A program made the translations under genes and the position numbers. Below the pieces are notes generated by a model. The model was not told the origin of the DNA, made no database searches, and was given only the letters and a program-made list of their open reading frames with translations. From contig JAGMCR010000013.1 of NCBI GenBank assembly GCA_023129115.1, forward strand, positions 26,726 through 90,725: a stretch of DNA of 64,000 bases. The letters are read 5' to 3'. Origin of the DNA: Candidatus Iainarchaeum sp. GTDB taxonomy: Archaea; B1Sed10-29; WALL01. Shown piece by piece: positions 62,930 to 64,000 of the stretch (positions within the stretch are counted from its first letter, which is position 1; the number at the start of each line of letters is the position of its first letter).

Positions 62930-63760
62930 TTAGCTGCTCTTGCTCCCCATGAACAGCGAGAGGGCTATGCCTGTAATGAACGCCACGAGCGACTCCAGCG
63001 CGAAATACGCCGTGGAAAGCAGTTCTTCAAGCGAGTGGCCCACCCAGTAGTGCCCCAGAATCACAGACATGACGTACGCGAACACGAACGCCGCGCCCAA
63101 ATACAGCAGCCCCTGTTTTGGGTCGGGATAATTCTTGAGCGTGTAGCCAATCACGCCGATTGTAAACAAAGCGAACATAATCATCCCGATTTCAATTGTC
63201 GGCGCGCTCACGGTCACAGACGAAAACACGCCGAACTCGGCGATGAGGATATACGTTATTATCGTCAGCAGGACGCTCTGCTTCTTTATGAGGTTCTGCA
63301 GCGAGCTCTTCTTCTCGAGCTCTTCCTTCTTTTCCTCGAGCTCTTCCTTCGCCTCGTCCAGCTTCTTCTTTTCTTCCTGGAGCAATTGCTTGTGGTACAC
63401 CAGCATTTTTTCCTCGCGAATCTTTGCGATGCTCGCGTTTTTCGTCGCCTCGCGGTACAGGGAATAAAGCGCCACCACGACTCCCGCGAACCCGACGCCC
63501 ACGCCAATTAGCCCTAGTATAACATACAATGGCTCCGCGCCCGCCATCTTCGCGATGAACGTCATCACCACCGCGTAAAACGCGCTGGCAACAATCGCGA
63601 CAACCACGACGTACTTCAGCACGCGCAGCACGTAGTAGCTGATTTTGTTAAGCAGAATCAATCCCACGTAGAACAGGATGAGCCCAATCACTATCGCGCC
63701 CACGTCGCCGCCCATCACGAGCGCGGGAAGTGACTGGAGGTAGGCCTCCGCGAACTCCAT
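62930..63760 (-). CDS. Multi-TM membrane protein with a central coiled coil (start uncertain)
   Basis: About 7 TM segments and an E/K-rich coil. Confidence 0.7.
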   Translation of the reverse strand: MEFAEAYLQSLPALVMGGDVGAIVIGLILFYVGLILLNKISYYVLRVLKYVVVVAIVASAFYAVVMTFIAKMAGAEPLYVILGLIGVGVGFAGVVVALYSLYREATKNASIAKIREEKMLVYHKQLLQEEKKKLDEAKEELEEKKEELEKKSSLQNLIKKQSVLLTIITYILIAEFGVFSSVTVSAPTIEIGMIMFALFTIGVIGYTLKNYPDPKQGLLYLGAAFVFAYVMSVILGHYWVGHSLEELLSTAYFALESLVAFITGIALSLFMGSKSS

Positions 63761-63780
63761 CACACCCCCGGGAATCATTT

Positions 63781-64000
63781 TCACACCGTCTCCAGCTTGA
63801 ACGTCACGCCGCATCCCCGCAGCGTCTCCTGGATTTGCTCCCCGATGCCCAGCACGTCGTCGATGGGCACGTCGCGGCTCCAGTCGTACACGTAGTCGTA
63901 GTTGCCGCTCATGGGCCTGAACCCCATGGACATCAGCCGCTCCGTGACCTCGGACACGGGCTTGCCCTCGGTGCTGAACCAGACCACGAGATACGTCTTC
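63781..64000 (-). CDS. Small archaeal hypothetical protein (5' end beyond the window)
   Basis: KTYLVVWFSTEGKPVSEV..GF.P..GNYDYVYDW. Confidence 0.65.
   Translation of the reverse strand, partial: KTYLVVWFSTEGKPVSEVTERLMSMGFRPMSGNYDYVYDWSRDVPIDDVLGIGEQIQETLRGCGVTFKLETV

Overview
Archaeal chromosomal DNA, GC-rich, most likely from a DPANN lineage such as Micrarchaeota/Diapherotrites (inferred from gene content, a tRNA-Ile(UAU) and many orphan genes). The backbone is housekeeping: two iPGM types, aspS, alba, lig, a glmU-like gene, Sec61beta, cdc6, argG-argH-argS-tRNA-Arg, ssb, fibrillarin/nop5, glyS and nfo. Accessory islets sit between these genes: toxin-antitoxin pairs, a NikR module, an AAA ATPase and orphan enzymes. 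Two things stand out. (1) Downstream of a HerA-like ATPase is an ~11 kb cluster of five modular orphan proteins that share domains. One (~1280 aa) is built from 12 tandem ~85-aa 'SGEGW' helix-turn-helix repeats with variable recognition helices, and two of the genes have a shared palindromic operator flanking their TATA boxes. (2) At seven loci a gene end is present twice or more, usually with synonymous recoding, and the copies bracket inserted cargo or short hairpin elements (lig, the 13.8-kb gene, the glmU 5' end, tRNA-Arg, a DsbA-like gene, fibrillarin, nfo). Conserved hairpin families lie at several junctions, and the window encodes no integrase, transposase or reverse transcriptase. All calls come from reading the sequence by eye; no searches were run.
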